A stretch of 64,000 nucleotides of DNA from Candidatus Saccharimonadia bacterium (GTDB lineage Bacteria > Patescibacteriota > SICC01). The stretch covers positions 549,136-613,135 of the forward strand of contig JANWJF010000001.1 in NCBI GenBank assembly GCA_025449535.1, in the 5' to 3' direction. The notes below the pieces were generated by a model. It made no database searches. It was not told where the DNA came from and was given only the letters and a program-made list of their open reading frames with translations. This document shows, piece after piece, positions 63,156 to 64,000 of the stretch. Each line of letters opens with the position of its first letter. Within the stretch, counting starts at the first letter, position 1. The position numbers and the translations under genes were made by a program.

Positions 63156-64000
63156 ATGAAGGTAGCCGTCATCGGAGGGGGCCGTTCCGGCGAACACGAG
63201 GTGTCGTTGGAATCCGCGAAGTCAATCCGCCAAGGGCTACGGGAGGCCGGGCATGAAGTGCATTACGTGGAGATCGCCAAGGACGGGACCTGGCGCCACG
63301 GTGACGAGGTCTTGGCCATCGAGCCCGGCAAGGGCCTGTTGGGCGCGGACGTCGTGTTCCCGGCGTTGCACGGTCCGTACGGTGAGGACGGGACGCTCCA
63401 GGGACTGCTGGAGCTGGTCGACGTGCCGTACGTCGGGAGCGGCCTGCACGCTTCCGCCACCTGTATGGACAAGGCGGTGTTCAAGGAGTTGATGGCTCAC
63501 GAGGGGCTTCCCCAAGTAGAGTTCGTCACCTTGCGGCACCCGATGAGCGAGGAGGACCGGCGGCGCATCGAAGGACTCGGCTGGCCGGTCTTCGTGAAGC
63601 CGTCCCGATTGGGTTCGTCGGTCGGCATCAGCAAGGCCGGGAACGCTGCCGAACTGGAAGCGGCACTGACGGAGGCGTTCCGCCGCGACTCGGTAGTACT
63701 GGTCGAACGGGCGTCGTCCGGCCGGGAGATAGAGGTCGGCATCCTGGGCGTCCAGGACCTGACGGTCTCGGAACCGGGCGAGATCATCGTGCCGGGCGAC
63801 GGTTGGTACGACTATGAGGCGAAGTACACGCCGGGGTCCGCGGAAGTCGTGATTCCGGCGAACCTACCGAAGGTCGCGGCTGACAAGGCCAAGGAGTTTG
63901 CCGAACGGGCGTTCCGGGCGACCGGGTGTTCCGGGATGGCCCGTATCGACTTCTTCTTGGAAGGTGAACAGGCGTTGGTCAGCGAGATCAACACGATCCC
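63156..64000 (+). CDS. ddl: D-alanine--D-alanine ligase, 3' end beyond window
   Basis: MKVAVIGGGRSGEHEVSLESAKSI…VVFPALHGPYGEDGTLQGLLELVDVPYVGSG…VFVKPSRLGSSVGIS… The frame is open to the window end. TATACT lies 6 nt before the ATG. Confidence 0.85.
   Translation, partial: MKVAVIGGGRSGEHEVSLESAKSIRQGLREAGHEVHYVEIAKDGTWRHGDEVLAIEPGKGLLGADVVFPALHGPYGEDGTLQGLLELVDVPYVGSGLHASATCMDKAVFKELMAHEGLPQVEFVTLRHPMSEEDRRRIEGLGWPVFVKPSRLGSSVGISKAGNAAELEAALTEAFRRDSVVLVERASSGREIEVGILGVQDLTVSEPGEIIVPGDGWYDYEAKYTPGSAEVVIPANLPKVAADKAKEFAERAFRATGCSGMARIDFFLEGEQALVSEINTI

Overview
This is a gene-dense, visibly GC-rich bacterial chromosomal segment (roughly two-thirds G+C by eye). It carries about 70 protein-coding genes on both strands and 9 tRNA genes.

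Core content:
- Partial F1Fo ATP synthase operon: atpZ-like, atpB, atpE, atpF, atpH, atpA, then a DHFR-like gene, then atpG. No atpD or atpC follows.
- RNase Y - HIT - YmdB cluster, tsaE-tsaB, ndk, two NUDIX genes, a udk-CYTH fusion, an argC-like gene, rplY/Ctc, HU, an RluB/RsuA-type pseudouridine synthase, a PpiC-type PPIase, a class-III aminotransferase, M16 and M24 peptidases.
- ddl is truncated by the window end; a uppP 3' fragment sits at the window start.
- Envelope enzymes: GT4, a QxxRW GT2, a WecA/MraY-family transferase, a large GT-C-like membrane protein, a CDP-alcohol phosphatidyltransferase, and an ABC-2 exporter pair.

Accessory or unusual content:
- Three short lower-GC islets sit immediately 3' of tRNA-Asp, tRNA-Gly(CCC) and tRNA-His. 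The first is bounded by a 27-nt duplicate of the tRNA-Asp 3' end. The last carries a HIT-like / FAD-oxidoreductase / Pol-beta nucleotidyltransferase / 2H-phosphoesterase module.
- Two adjacent giant secreted M23-peptidase paralogues are each followed by several copies of an unrecognised ~120-aa repeat.
- Three DnaA-domain-IV-like HTH domains occur in two non-DnaA proteins.
- A conserved two-hairpin module precedes four tRNA genes.
- A VirB2/TrbC-like pilin candidate lies next to a lamin-tail-domain protein with an LPKSG sorting-like signal.
- A Zn-ribbon protein is paired with a sigma-70-region-4-only protein.
- A ~450-bp AT-rich intergenic region contains a perfect 14-bp palindrome.

No CRISPR array, integrase, transposase or rRNA was seen. 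Several genes appear to start leaderless directly after TAnnnT -10 boxes. The ORF track uses M for TTG/GTG starts in places, and several true starts lie inside the listed ORFs.
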